Assembly (NCBI GenBank): GCA_964490375.1
Contig: CAZBAZ010000002.1
Location: forward strand, 4,448-68,447
DNA from: an uncultured Clostridium sp.
GTDB taxonomy: Bacteria; Bacillota_I; Bacilli_A; RF39; UBA660
Direction of reading: 5' to 3'
Length of the DNA: 64,000 nt
Under the pieces are notes generated by a model that saw only the letters and a program-made list of their open reading frames with translations, was not told where the DNA came from and did not search any database. The position numbers were made by a program, and so were the translations under genes. Shown in pieces: positions 49,265 through 58,457 of this stretch. The number at the start of each line of letters is the position of its first letter. Position 1 is the stretch's first letter.

Positions 49265-49348
49265 CCTTTACATAAAATACATATACAATTATATCATAAT
49301 AAATAACAAAAATAACTATTTGTGATAAAATATGTAAAGAGGCGAATT

Positions 49349-50065
49349 ATGAAAAACAAAATAGGAATATTTGATTCAGGTATTGGTGGGCTTACTACTT
49401 TAGAAGAAATAAGAAAACTTTTACCAAATGAAAGTTATATATATTATGCTGATTCAAAACATAATCCATATGGTGAAAAAAACGATGAAGAATTATATAA
49501 AATAGTAAAAAACATTGTTAATAAATTGTTAGAAAAGAAAGTTAAAATCATAGTTATAGCATGTAATACAGCAACTACTAGATGCATAGAAAAACTTAGA
49601 AATGATTACCCTAAAGTTTTATTTGTTGGAACTGAACCAGCAATAAAAGTGGCATGTGATAATGGATATAATAATACTATTGTTATGGCAACACCAGGTA
49701 CTATAGCATCAGAAAGAATACATGATTTAATATCTAAAAATCAAAGAGAGAATCAAAATATATATCTTCTTCCATGTGAAGGATTAGCTAATGCAATCGA
49801 AACAAATGATTTAAAAAGAATAAGTAAATTATTACATGAATATTTGGATGAATACAAAGATAAAAATATTGATTCTGTAGTTCTTGGATGTACACACTAT
49901 CCACATATAAAAAAGAAGATTTTAAATATCCTACCTAATGTTAAATTAATTGATGGAAATATCGGAGTAGCAAACAGAGTTAAATATTTATTAGAAAAAA
50001 ACAAACTAATAAACAAAAGTAAAAAAACTGGTACGCTAGAAATAATAAATAGTAACAATGAATAA
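49349..50065 (+). CDS. murI: glutamate racemase MurI
   Basis: IGIFDSGIGGLTT...VIACNTAT...VLGCTHYP. AAGAGG RBS 6 nt before ATG at 49349. The track start at 49322 is upstream of the RBS. Confidence 0.9.
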   Translation: MKNKIGIFDSGIGGLTTLEEIRKLLPNESYIYYADSKHNPYGEKNDEELYKIVKNIVNKLLEKKVKIIVIACNTATTRCIEKLRNDYPKVLFVGTEPAIKVACDNGYNNTIVMATPGTIASERIHDLISKNQRENQNIYLLPCEGLANAIETNDLKRISKLLHEYLDEYKDKNIDSVVLGCTHYPHIKKKILNILPNVKLIDGNIGVANRVKYLLEKNKLINKSKKTGTLEIINSNNE

Positions 50066-50118
50066 AAGGAGTAGATATAGATGAATTCTCAAACAAGAAA
50101 CATCATATCTAACTCCTT

Positions 50119-51312
50119 TTAATTTTTAAGACCTTTTAAACCTTTACATCCTTTAGAACCATTAAATCCCTCTAAAATATTTGAATCAAATGATCTCACT
50201 TTTTTACTTTTATGTTTATATTCTTTAATAGCTATTTGAATCATTTCATCTAATAAATCACTATACTTCATACCTGCTTCTTTCCATAAGTAAAATGATA
50301 AACTTCCAGGTATTGTATTAGGCTCATTAACATAAAACTTTTGAGTTTTAGAATCTATTAAATAATCTATTCTACAAACGCCACTAAAATTCATAATTCT
50401 AAATACTTTTTTAGAACATTCTTGAATTTCATTAGTTAATTTATCACTAATTCTAGCAGGAATAATTCTGCTTGTTGAAGCCATACCTTTACTAGCAGAC
50501 CCTGTTTTTTTAGCATTTCCTAAATATTTATCAGCATAACTTAATATTTCATCTTCACCCATTACTTCTTCAATAGGACTAACCTTTTGATATTCATAAC
50601 TTCCAAGAACACTATCATTTACTTCAACCAAGTTTTCAACTGCTTTTTCTACTACAACTTTAGTATCATAACTAATTGCCGTTTCAAGAGCTTCTTCTAT
50701 ATTTTTTTCATTCTTAACATAAGTAATACCTACACTACTTCCTAATGTAGCTGGTTTAACAACAACAGGATAACCAATCTTTTTAATATTTTTTAATATT
50801 TTATCCTTATCTTCTGTATATTCATTATCAAAAAACCAAGTATAATCAACGATAGGAATATCATTAGAAGCCATAATTTGCTTCATAGCAATCTTATCTT
50901 GACCTAAAGCTGCACCCAAAACATGTGAACCAACATATGGTATCCCAATAGTATCTAAATATCCAGCCAAAGTTCCATCTTCTACATTATTACCATGTAC
51001 AACAGGAAGAATAACATCAATATCAGTAATATCTTTTCTAAATAATCCAGTAGTACATTGTAATAAATAAGAATTTTCTTTCTTATATAAAGTAACCTTT
51101 TTAGCATATTTTTTAACATTATTAAAATCTTTAAAAGTATCAATATCTAGTAAAATATGTCCGGTATACCAAGTTCTATCTTTAGAAATATAAATAGGTA
51201 TTATCTCATATTTACTTTCATCTAAATTTTTAATTGCTTGCAATGCAGAAATTATACTAACCTCATGTTCTACAGTTTCTCCTCCAAATATAACTCCAAC
51301 TTTTATTTTCAT
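50119..51312 (-). CDS. ddl: D-alanine--D-alanine ligase (long form, 397 aa)
   Basis: MKIKVGVIFGG, E..S..S, ATP-grasp VVKPATLGSSVGI and NEPNTIPG. Long omega-loop and a C-terminal tail. Confidence 0.85.
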   Translation of the reverse strand: MKIKVGVIFGGETVEHEVSIISALQAIKNLDESKYEIIPIYISKDRTWYTGHILLDIDTFKDFNNVKKYAKKVTLYKKENSYLLQCTTGLFRKDITDIDVILPVVHGNNVEDGTLAGYLDTIGIPYVGSHVLGAALGQDKIAMKQIMASNDIPIVDYTWFFDNEYTEDKDKILKNIKKIGYPVVVKPATLGSSVGITYVKNEKNIEEALETAISYDTKVVVEKAVENLVEVNDSVLGSYEYQKVSPIEEVMGEDEILSYADKYLGNAKKTGSASKGMASTSRIIPARISDKLTNEIQECSKKVFRIMNFSGVCRIDYLIDSKTQKFYVNEPNTIPGSLSFYLWKEAGMKYSDLLDEMIQIAIKEYKHKSKKVRSFDSNILEGFNGSKGCKGLKGLKN

Positions 51313-51327
51313 AAATTACTCCATCTC

Positions 51328-52914
51328 CTACTCATTAAATATATCCGGTAAATCATTTTCTAATAATACATACGTTTTATTATCACTTAATTTTCTCATT
51401 AAAGGAAAAGCTTCCTTTACATCATTTAATATATGTATTTTCTTTAAATCATATTTTTCTTTTTTTAATCCTTCTAATATTGGTTTAGTTTGCATTTCAC
51501 CTATTAAAATAACTTCATCACACACCTTAGCAATTTGACGGCCAAATTCCATATTTAAATTATTTTGTTCTTCTCCCAATTCAATCATACCAGGAGTAAC
51601 AATAATTTTCTTTCCATCCATCATTTTAAGAACATCAAGAGCCATCTTAGAACCGACTGGATTAGAATTATAAGCATCATCTATTATATCAATATTTCCA
51701 TATTTTCTTAATTGAAGTCTGTGTTCAATTGTTTCGATTCTTTTAACGCCAATTTGAATTTGTTCTAAATTCATTCCTAAACTATAAGACATAGCAATTG
51801 CTTGTAAAACATTATACACATTAGCACTACCAAGTAATTTAGTTTCAAATTCACACTTTTTCTTTTTATCTTTAAAAGTACAAGTAAATTTAGTTCCTCT
51901 ATTTGACAAACTTATGTCACTAGCACAAACATCAGCATTCTTATTACCTATTGAAACCCAAACAACTTTACATTTACTTTTAATTTTATAGTTTCTTTGA
52001 TATTCATCATCCATATTTAAAACAGCAATACCATCTTCAGGTAAAGAATCAATCAATTCAAATTTAGCTTTTTGAATATTTTCTCTACTTCCAAAACTCT
52101 CTAAATGAGCAGTTCCAATAGTTGTCAAAATACCATATTGAGGTCTAATAAAGTCACATTTTTGTTTTATCTCGCCTCTTCTAAATGCACCCATCTCAGC
52201 AATGAACACATCACTAAACTTATCTAATTTATTATTAATAGATATCATTAATCCATTCATAGTATTAAAACTCTTTTCGGTAGCGAAAGAATTAAATTTA
52301 ACATTCAAAATATCATTTAAAGCATTCTTAGTACTAGTTTTACCATAACTACCAGTAATACCTATTCTTTTTAAATTATTCATATTATTAAGTTTATTTT
52401 TAGCAAGTCTTTTATAATGATTAAAAACCATTTTTTCAATAGGCTTATTAATAATATTAGCAATTAAAACAACGAATACATTTAAAAACATTAAAAGTCC
52501 AACATAAGTACAATAAAAATACAAAGGATATTTATCAAAATATATAAACATAGGAACTATTGCTAAAAGATACAATAATAACATAGTAACATATAATCTT
52601 TTAATTCTAGGAGTAATTACTAATGGCTTTTTAGATTGCTCCATTTTAACTTTTTTATTTCTAATAATATAAGCAATTATATAAAATAGTGAAAACACAA
52701 TAAGTAATGCTGTATCATTATTTTTTATAGTTGCAAATCCAATAAATAAAGAATCAAATATTAAGAATGTTTTTAATAAGTTATCCATTATCCATTTAAA
52801 ATATCTATTTCCATCATTATACCAATTTTGTTGTAGCATATGCATTGCTTTTTTTGATTTAAACATCAAATAATAAAAATAAGGAATTAATGCAAGTAGG
52901 AAATACCATTTCAT
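51328..52914 (-). CDS. Mur-ligase (MurF-like, D-Ala-D-Ala-adding) with N-terminal 5-TM membrane domain in place of domain 1
   Basis: Residues 1-155 form five hydrophobic helices. Then GITGSYGKTSTKN P-loop, IDDAYNSNPVGS and PGMIELGEE, which are MurF C-domain hallmarks. It sits 15 nt upstream of ddl. Confidence 0.7.
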   Translation of the reverse strand: MKWYFLLALIPYFYYLMFKSKKAMHMLQQNWYNDGNRYFKWIMDNLLKTFLIFDSLFIGFATIKNNDTALLIVFSLFYIIAYIIRNKKVKMEQSKKPLVITPRIKRLYVTMLLLYLLAIVPMFIYFDKYPLYFYCTYVGLLMFLNVFVVLIANIINKPIEKMVFNHYKRLAKNKLNNMNNLKRIGITGSYGKTSTKNALNDILNVKFNSFATEKSFNTMNGLMISINNKLDKFSDVFIAEMGAFRRGEIKQKCDFIRPQYGILTTIGTAHLESFGSRENIQKAKFELIDSLPEDGIAVLNMDDEYQRNYKIKSKCKVVWVSIGNKNADVCASDISLSNRGTKFTCTFKDKKKKCEFETKLLGSANVYNVLQAIAMSYSLGMNLEQIQIGVKRIETIEHRLQLRKYGNIDIIDDAYNSNPVGSKMALDVLKMMDGKKIIVTPGMIELGEEQNNLNMEFGRQIAKVCDEVILIGEMQTKPILEGLKKEKYDLKKIHILNDVKEAFPLMRKLSDNKTYVLLENDLPDIFNE

Positions 52915-53669
52915 TTATCATCACCACCTATAAAATTTTTAAGTACACTTTTAGTTTGCTCAAGTCTTTCTAAATAAGCATAATGAGTGCATCCTTCATA
53001 TGTTACTAATCCACAATTATCAATCATTTTTTCTAAATCCAATGCATCATTATAACTAACAGCTGCATCATTAGTACCCCATATTAATAAAGTAGGACAT
53101 TTAATATTTTTAAGTTTATCAGTTAAATCATAATTAACATGTTTAACTAATATTTTTCTCATCATTTCACTAGCATTTCTATAATCAGTAGAACCAACAT
53201 ACTTTTTAATAGTATTTTCTAGTTTATTCAAACCAGGTACTTTCTTTAATACTTTGAACATTTTTTGTTTAGTAGTTAACTCTTTATTTTCTACTCTATA
53301 TGGACACGCTAATAATACTAATTTTCTCGTTTTATATTTAGTTGCAAAACTTAATGAAATTTTCCCACCAAAAGAATGCCCTATCAATATAGGATTATCC
53401 ATCTTTAATGATTTTACTAATTCATAAACCATATCAGAATAATCTTCAATAGACCAAACTTCGTTAGGTTCAGCACTATCTCCAAAACCAGGTAAATCTA
53501 TTATAAGAACATTATATTTTTTAATAAAAGGTTTAGCTATGGGCATCATCATTTGTATATTTTGACCCCATCCATGTAAATATACTAAATTTATTTTAGA
53601 ATCATTATCATAAAATTCATAGTTAATATTAACTCCCTTAATAATTTTTCTCATAATAAAATCTCCCAA
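52911..53669 (-). CDS. alpha/beta hydrolase
   Basis: GHSFGG nucleophile elbow and HG oxyanion. It overlaps the Mur-ligase start by 4 nt. Confidence 0.75.
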   Translation of the reverse strand: MGDFIMRKIIKGVNINYEFYDNDSKINLVYLHGWGQNIQMMMPIAKPFIKKYNVLIIDLPGFGDSAEPNEVWSIEDYSDMVYELVKSLKMDNPILIGHSFGGKISLSFATKYKTRKLVLLACPYRVENKELTTKQKMFKVLKKVPGLNKLENTIKKYVGSTDYRNASEMMRKILVKHVNYDLTDKLKNIKCPTLLIWGTNDAAVSYNDALDLEKMIDNCGLVTYEGCTHYAYLERLEQTKSVLKNFIGGDDK

Positions 53670-53781
53670 TACAAGTATATCATAAAATACATTACTTAGA
53701 ACTATAAGTACACTTTATTGACAAGAAAAAAGTATACAAAATGTACACTTAAACTATTAACAAAAAAGCATTTTTATTCAA

Positions 53782-55200
53782 TTATAAACTTAATTTTGTA
53801 GAATCATTTAATTTTCTTTCATATTTTCTAGTAATACCATTAGATAAACAAGATTTATAATTTGAAACTCTAGATATTGTTTCAATAAAATTAGATTTTG
53901 AAGAAGATAGTTCTCTAAGTCTTAAAGCATATGCCATCATTTCAGCATCACCATTACATTTTTCAATTAATTCTTTACTATCCTTAAGAGCATTCTCACT
54001 AGATAACATTTGATTATTTAATATAGTATTTATTTCTTCAACAAGCATAGATATTTCTTCTCTATCATCACCAGAAGCCAAAGCTTTCTTTAATACATTT
54101 CTATATTCAAATAAACAATATGATGTTCTTCTCTTTCCATAAGAATCATAAATAAGATTTAAAAAAGGAAAGACTTTCCTACAACTTTTAGTATATTTTA
54201 TTATTTCACTTATATTTTCATCAAAAACAACATCGATATCATTAAGTTTACCATCTACAACTCTATTCCTAGAACTGTGTTTAGAAAAATCACTTTTAGC
54301 ATTATATTCACAAGAGACATAATATGCTCCTAAATAATCCATAAATTCCTTACAAATTTTATCAGCATTAATTCTTGCATATAATTCAAATAGTATATAT
54401 GGATAATTACCATTATAATAATTTGCTTTAGTACGTGAAAGCAAAAAATCTTTAAAAAATATTATTTCATCATATTTAGGATATATTTGACTACACAATT
54501 GTTCATTTTGAAATAAATGTTCAAACTCATGAAAAATTGTATTAAATAACATATGTGATTCAGTATAAGGACAATTACTAAAATCAGTGACCAAATCTAT
54601 AGCTACACAAATAACATGTTCTCGGTAATAACCACATATATCATTTCTATTTTTAAATGCAACATTACATCTAGTATTATTCTTAACTGCATAATTATTA
54701 ACAAAATCAATAATTATTTTTCTAGCTAAATTAATTGACATATCTCTATGATAATAAATAACATTTTTTAAATATAAAATTAAATACTCTTGTGGAATAG
54801 TTGTCAAACTATAATTAATCATAAATCCCAAATATTCTAAATCTTTAATATTTAAATTTTTATTATTAAACTTAGACAATTCATTTAACAATTTAGTTTC
54901 ATAATTAGTTTCTTCAATATAACTATTTATTATCTTTAATAAAGTTTTAACATAATTTTGAGTCCACTCTTCATTTTCATCATTTTGTAATGCAACCTCA
55001 AGCATATTTTTATATTCCTTTATTAAACCATAAAAATTAGTAAATAAATTATCTTTAAATCCATCTTGAGCAAGTTTAAAAATATGTGTTAATACTCCAA
55101 TTGGAATTATAGAATTATTACTCAAATAATTGTAAATATGATTAGATAAAATATTATCTAAATTTTCATTAGAACTATTAACATCAAATATTTCTTCCAT
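53782..55200 (-). CDS. hypothetical protein with HExxH motif
   Basis: IFHEFEHLFQNEQ. Cys-rich. No other recognisable domain. Confidence 0.4.
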   Translation of the reverse strand: MEEIFDVNSSNENLDNILSNHIYNYLSNNSIIPIGVLTHIFKLAQDGFKDNLFTNFYGLIKEYKNMLEVALQNDENEEWTQNYVKTLLKIINSYIEETNYETKLLNELSKFNNKNLNIKDLEYLGFMINYSLTTIPQEYLILYLKNVIYYHRDMSINLARKIIIDFVNNYAVKNNTRCNVAFKNRNDICGYYREHVICVAIDLVTDFSNCPYTESHMLFNTIFHEFEHLFQNEQLCSQIYPKYDEIIFFKDFLLSRTKANYYNGNYPYILFELYARINADKICKEFMDYLGAYYVSCEYNAKSDFSKHSSRNRVVDGKLNDIDVVFDENISEIIKYTKSCRKVFPFLNLIYDSYGKRRTSYCLFEYRNVLKKALASGDDREEISMLVEEINTILNNQMLSSENALKDSKELIEKCNGDAEMMAYALRLRELSSSKSNFIETISRVSNYKSCLSNGITRKYERKLNDSTKLSL

Positions 55201-55255
55201 AAATCCCCCATTTTTATTCCCTTAAAAAGTGAACATATTATACCACATATCAGCA

Positions 55256-55672
55256 TTAATGTAAATTATTAAAAAATTCTTCTATACTTTCAGCCAGAAT
55301 ATATTCATCATTTAAATTAATATCATCATTCAAAATATTAATATAAATCACATAATTTTCATGTAAACAATAATAACCATTATAAGAATCACAACCAAAT
55401 GGTATATAACCTTTAGGTATAAAATAATCAGCCACATCAAAAATACTGTCATCATCTTCTACATTAAAAGATAATAATTTGTTAAAGTCATTTTCTTCTC
55501 CATCATATAAAGTACACATATACGGAGTTGGAAAACCACCATTATTTTCAATCATTATTTTCTTCAAAAATAATGGAAATCTTATAGAATATTTTTTTTC
55601 AAACTTATCAATTGCCTTTATATCTTTTAACTTTTTACTATATTCCCATTTAATCATTTTCATAAGTATCAC
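55256..55672 (-). CDS. SMI1/KNR4 (SUKH-1) family immunity-type protein
   Basis: FPLFLKKIMIENNGGF...IPFGCDSYNGYYCL. Classic SUKH N- and C-terminal blocks. Confidence 0.7.
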   Translation of the reverse strand: MILMKMIKWEYSKKLKDIKAIDKFEKKYSIRFPLFLKKIMIENNGGFPTPYMCTLYDGEENDFNKLLSFNVEDDDSIFDVADYFIPKGYIPFGCDSYNGYYCLHENYVIYINILNDDINLNDEYILAESIEEFFNNLH

Positions 55673-55766
55673 AACAAATATTTTACCACAACATTAAATG
55701 TATAGAAACATATTAAACACTTTTTATTTTACATAAATTAATGTATAATGTTCTTTGGTGATTTAC

Positions 55767-57032
55767 ATGAAGAAAATAGTATTAGCTTCAAATAATAAAC
55801 ATAAAATAATGGAAATAAGTCAAATATTAAAAGATCAAGAAATTATTTCTATGAAACAAATTGGATTTAATGAAGAAATAGTTGAAGATGGAAATACTTT
55901 TTTAGAAAATGCACTAATTAAAGCAAAAACAATAAGTGAGTTTTTAAAAGAAAAAGGATTAAATTATGATGTATTATCAGATGATAGTGGCATTTGCTGT
56001 GAAGCATTAAATGGAAAACCTGGCATTTTTAGTGCAAGATATAAAGAAAATCATAATGACAAAGCAAATAGAGATAAATTAATAGAAGATTTAAAAGGTA
56101 AAAATAAAAAAGCATATTTTAATTGTACAATGGTACTTTATCACATAGATGGAACATATGAACACGTAGAAGGAAAAACTTATGGTAAGATTATTGACCA
56201 TGAAGTTGGCGATACATCTTTTGGCTATGATTGCATATTTTTATCAGATGATTTAAATAAAACATTTGGAAGTGCTACTAGTGAAGAAAAAAACAGTGTA
56301 TCACACAGATTTAGAGCTACAAATCAAATAAAAGAATATTTAAGAGAAAAAGACATGAAAATAATTGGAATAGTAGCTAGATCATATTGGAATAAAGATA
56401 ATCAAAGTATACTTCAATTTTATGAAAAAATAAGAACCGCTTTTAGTAAATATAATAATGTAACAATAATTGGAATTATGCCAACAGATGAAAGAAAATA
56501 CACTGAAATAACTAGAGGTGATGACAAATTAGATAATGCCAAACTAAATTGTGTTTTAAAAAAATGTGATGGCTTTATAATTCCAGGAGGTATATATCAT
56601 CAAAATTTAGATGAATATGTTATAAACTATGCAATAAAAAATGATAAACCATTATTAGGTATTTGCCTAGGTTTTCAAATAATGTGTAGCATGTTCTCAA
56701 AAAAAAGGGAAAGATATGACATGACCATAGTTCTTCCTAATGATAATCATTATAAACCAAATATCAAAAAAGCACACAAAATCAAAATAAAAGAAAATAC
56801 ACTATTAAAAAGTGTTCTAAAAAAAGAAGAAATTACTGTTAATAGTGTACATCATACATACATAAATAATGAATTAAAAGATTTAATAATTTCTTCAATA
56901 AGTGAAGATAATATATTAGAAAGTGTTGAATATCCAAACAAAAAATTTATAATGGGCTTACAATGGCATCCAGAAGCATTAATGGATAAAAACACAATTA
57001 AATTACTTGATTATTTTGTAGATAAAATGTAA
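55767..57032 (+). CDS. fusion protein: RdgB/Ham1 non-canonical NTP pyrophosphatase + class-I glutamine-amidotransferase-like (peptidase C26) hydrolase
   Basis: N-terminal IVLASNNKHKIMEI...SDDSGICCEALNGKPGIFSARY...FGYDCIF (Ham1). C-terminal GICLGFQ (Cys), NSVHHTYI (His), LQWHPE. GGTGA RBS before ATG at 55767. The track start at 55755 is TTG. Confidence 0.75.
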   Translation: MKKIVLASNNKHKIMEISQILKDQEIISMKQIGFNEEIVEDGNTFLENALIKAKTISEFLKEKGLNYDVLSDDSGICCEALNGKPGIFSARYKENHNDKANRDKLIEDLKGKNKKAYFNCTMVLYHIDGTYEHVEGKTYGKIIDHEVGDTSFGYDCIFLSDDLNKTFGSATSEEKNSVSHRFRATNQIKEYLREKDMKIIGIVARSYWNKDNQSILQFYEKIRTAFSKYNNVTIIGIMPTDERKYTEITRGDDKLDNAKLNCVLKKCDGFIIPGGIYHQNLDEYVINYAIKNDKPLLGICLGFQIMCSMFSKKRERYDMTIVLPNDNHYKPNIKKAHKIKIKENTLLKSVLKKEEITVNSVHHTYINNELKDLIISSISEDNILESVEYPNKKFIMGLQWHPEALMDKNTIKLLDYFVDKM

Positions 57033-57034
57033 AA

Positions 57035-57055
57035 AGGAACTCATACAAAGTTCCT
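57035..57055 (+). terminator. hairpin after fusion gene
   Basis: aggaact-catacaa-agttcct 2 nt after the stop. The T-tract is weak. Confidence 0.35.
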
Positions 57056-57096
57056 AATAAATATAGATAAAATATTAAAGACAAACTTTAATATTT

Positions 57097-57354
57097 TTAT
57101 TTTAATTTTCTTCTATAAGCAACATTATTCATATATTGTTTATCATAAACAACCCAATTAGCTTCTAACTCTTCAATACTTATTTCACGACTTACTACTG
57201 GTTTAGTAAGAGCATCTAAAAATAAAATAACACTAATTCCATTTTTACGTACAACATATTTGTATATTTGATCAACATGATTTTGATTATTTTCACATTT
57301 AATTAAAAAAGTACCAATTGGATATGGAAAAGTAATAGAAAAAGAATTATTCAT
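57097..57354 (-). CDS. small hypothetical protein
   Basis: Start set at MNNSFSITF (ATG 57352-54), preceded by GAGGGGG 8 nt upstream. The track's upstream ATG lies inside the RBS. Confidence 0.45.
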   Translation of the reverse strand: MNNSFSITFPYPIGTFLIKCENNQNHVDQIYKYVVRKNGISVILFLDALTKPVVSREISIEELEANWVVYDKQYMNNVAYRRKLK

Positions 57355-57510
57355 AACTAACACCCCCTCAAAATTCATGCATATTATACCACAAAATATT
57401 AAAGATTAAAAGAAAAATTAAAGGACACTGAATAAAATTTTCTATATTATTTTGAGCAATATCAACAAAGTTACTTAAATACTTAATATCATTTTTTTCA
57501 TAATTAACTT

Positions 57511-58131
57511 CTAAGAAAAATTATAAATTAAAGGAATAAATTCTATAATAGAAATAGAAAGTAGAAAACATATCAATATACTATATAAAAAATACATACT
57601 ACTTTTTGCACATGAATTTTTATTATATATAATAGCCAATATAAAACCTATAATTACTAAAATAATAGAAATACTAATCCAAAAATAAATCTTCGAACCT
57701 AAATCACTTACAATTGGATTAATTAAAATATAAGTTATTTGGAATAGAAACATCATAATAATGCCCATACCTCCATGACCTAACAAAAAAACAAAACCAA
57801 AAGAATCAGACAATTCCTCAAACAATCCGGCACACAAGCCAGCAATAAAAAAAACTAAACTAATCCAATATGGAAATGGAGACGAATTATATTCAAAATT
57901 AACTAATCCAATTAGAACTAATAAAATAGTAAATATAACAATACTAATAACTTTTTTATTTTTCAAAATTTCTGACTTAATAGTTATTGCATTATCTGTT
58001 TCATTATTTGCACTTGGTAATACACTTAAAGATACATTTTTACTACTAATAGTATATTTTGAATTTGAATTATCTTGATTTTCATCATAATTAGTGCATT
58101 CAATATTCTTATCTTTTTTATCATCTAACAT
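57511..58131 (-). CDS. hypothetical polytopic membrane protein
   Basis: About 90-aa polar N-terminus, then 5 TM helices. FEELSD..GHGG is weakly CPBP-like. Confidence 0.4.
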   Translation of the reverse strand: MLDDKKDKNIECTNYDENQDNSNSKYTISSKNVSLSVLPSANNETDNAITIKSEILKNKKVISIVIFTILLVLIGLVNFEYNSSPFPYWISLVFFIAGLCAGLFEELSDSFGFVFLLGHGGMGIIMMFLFQITYILINPIVSDLGSKIYFWISISIILVIIGFILAIIYNKNSCAKSSMYFLYSILICFLLSISIIEFIPLIYNFS

Positions 58132-58314
58132 TATCTTACATCTCCATTTTCTAATCTATTCCCTATCTTAATAATAACATATAAAATAATACTTTAAATA
58201 ATAAAATAGTCAATTTAATTCAAATATACACATTTTTAGACAAAAAAAAACAAATAGATTAAAATCTTTTGCGTTTTATATAACAACTCCATATTCATGA
58301 AGTAAATTTACATA

Positions 58315-58389
58315 TGGCAGGGGTAGAAGGACTCGAACCCTCCCCAACGGTTTTGGAGACCGGCATGCTACCACTGACACCATACCCCT
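58315..58389 (-). tRNA. tRNA-Trp (anticodon CCA)
   Basis: Reverse complement folds as AGGGGTA acceptor, anticodon loop CUCCAAA, T-arm GGAGG-GTTCGAGT-CCTTC, encoded CCA. Confidence 0.8.
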
Positions 58390-58457
58390 AGCACAAAAAC
58401 AATTATACTATAGGTTTTAGGGTTTATCAACCAAAAATAGAAAAAATCCAAGAAATT

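Noticed and set aside
53669-58315. Possible genomic island integrated at the 3' end of tRNA-Trp
   Set aside because: I searched the intergenic regions downstream of the tRNA 3' end (53670-53781, 55201-55255, 57033-57096, 57379-57510, 58132-58314) for a direct repeat of the tRNA 3' segment and found none. There is no integrase or recombinase gene. This is kept only as a weak neighbourhood observation.
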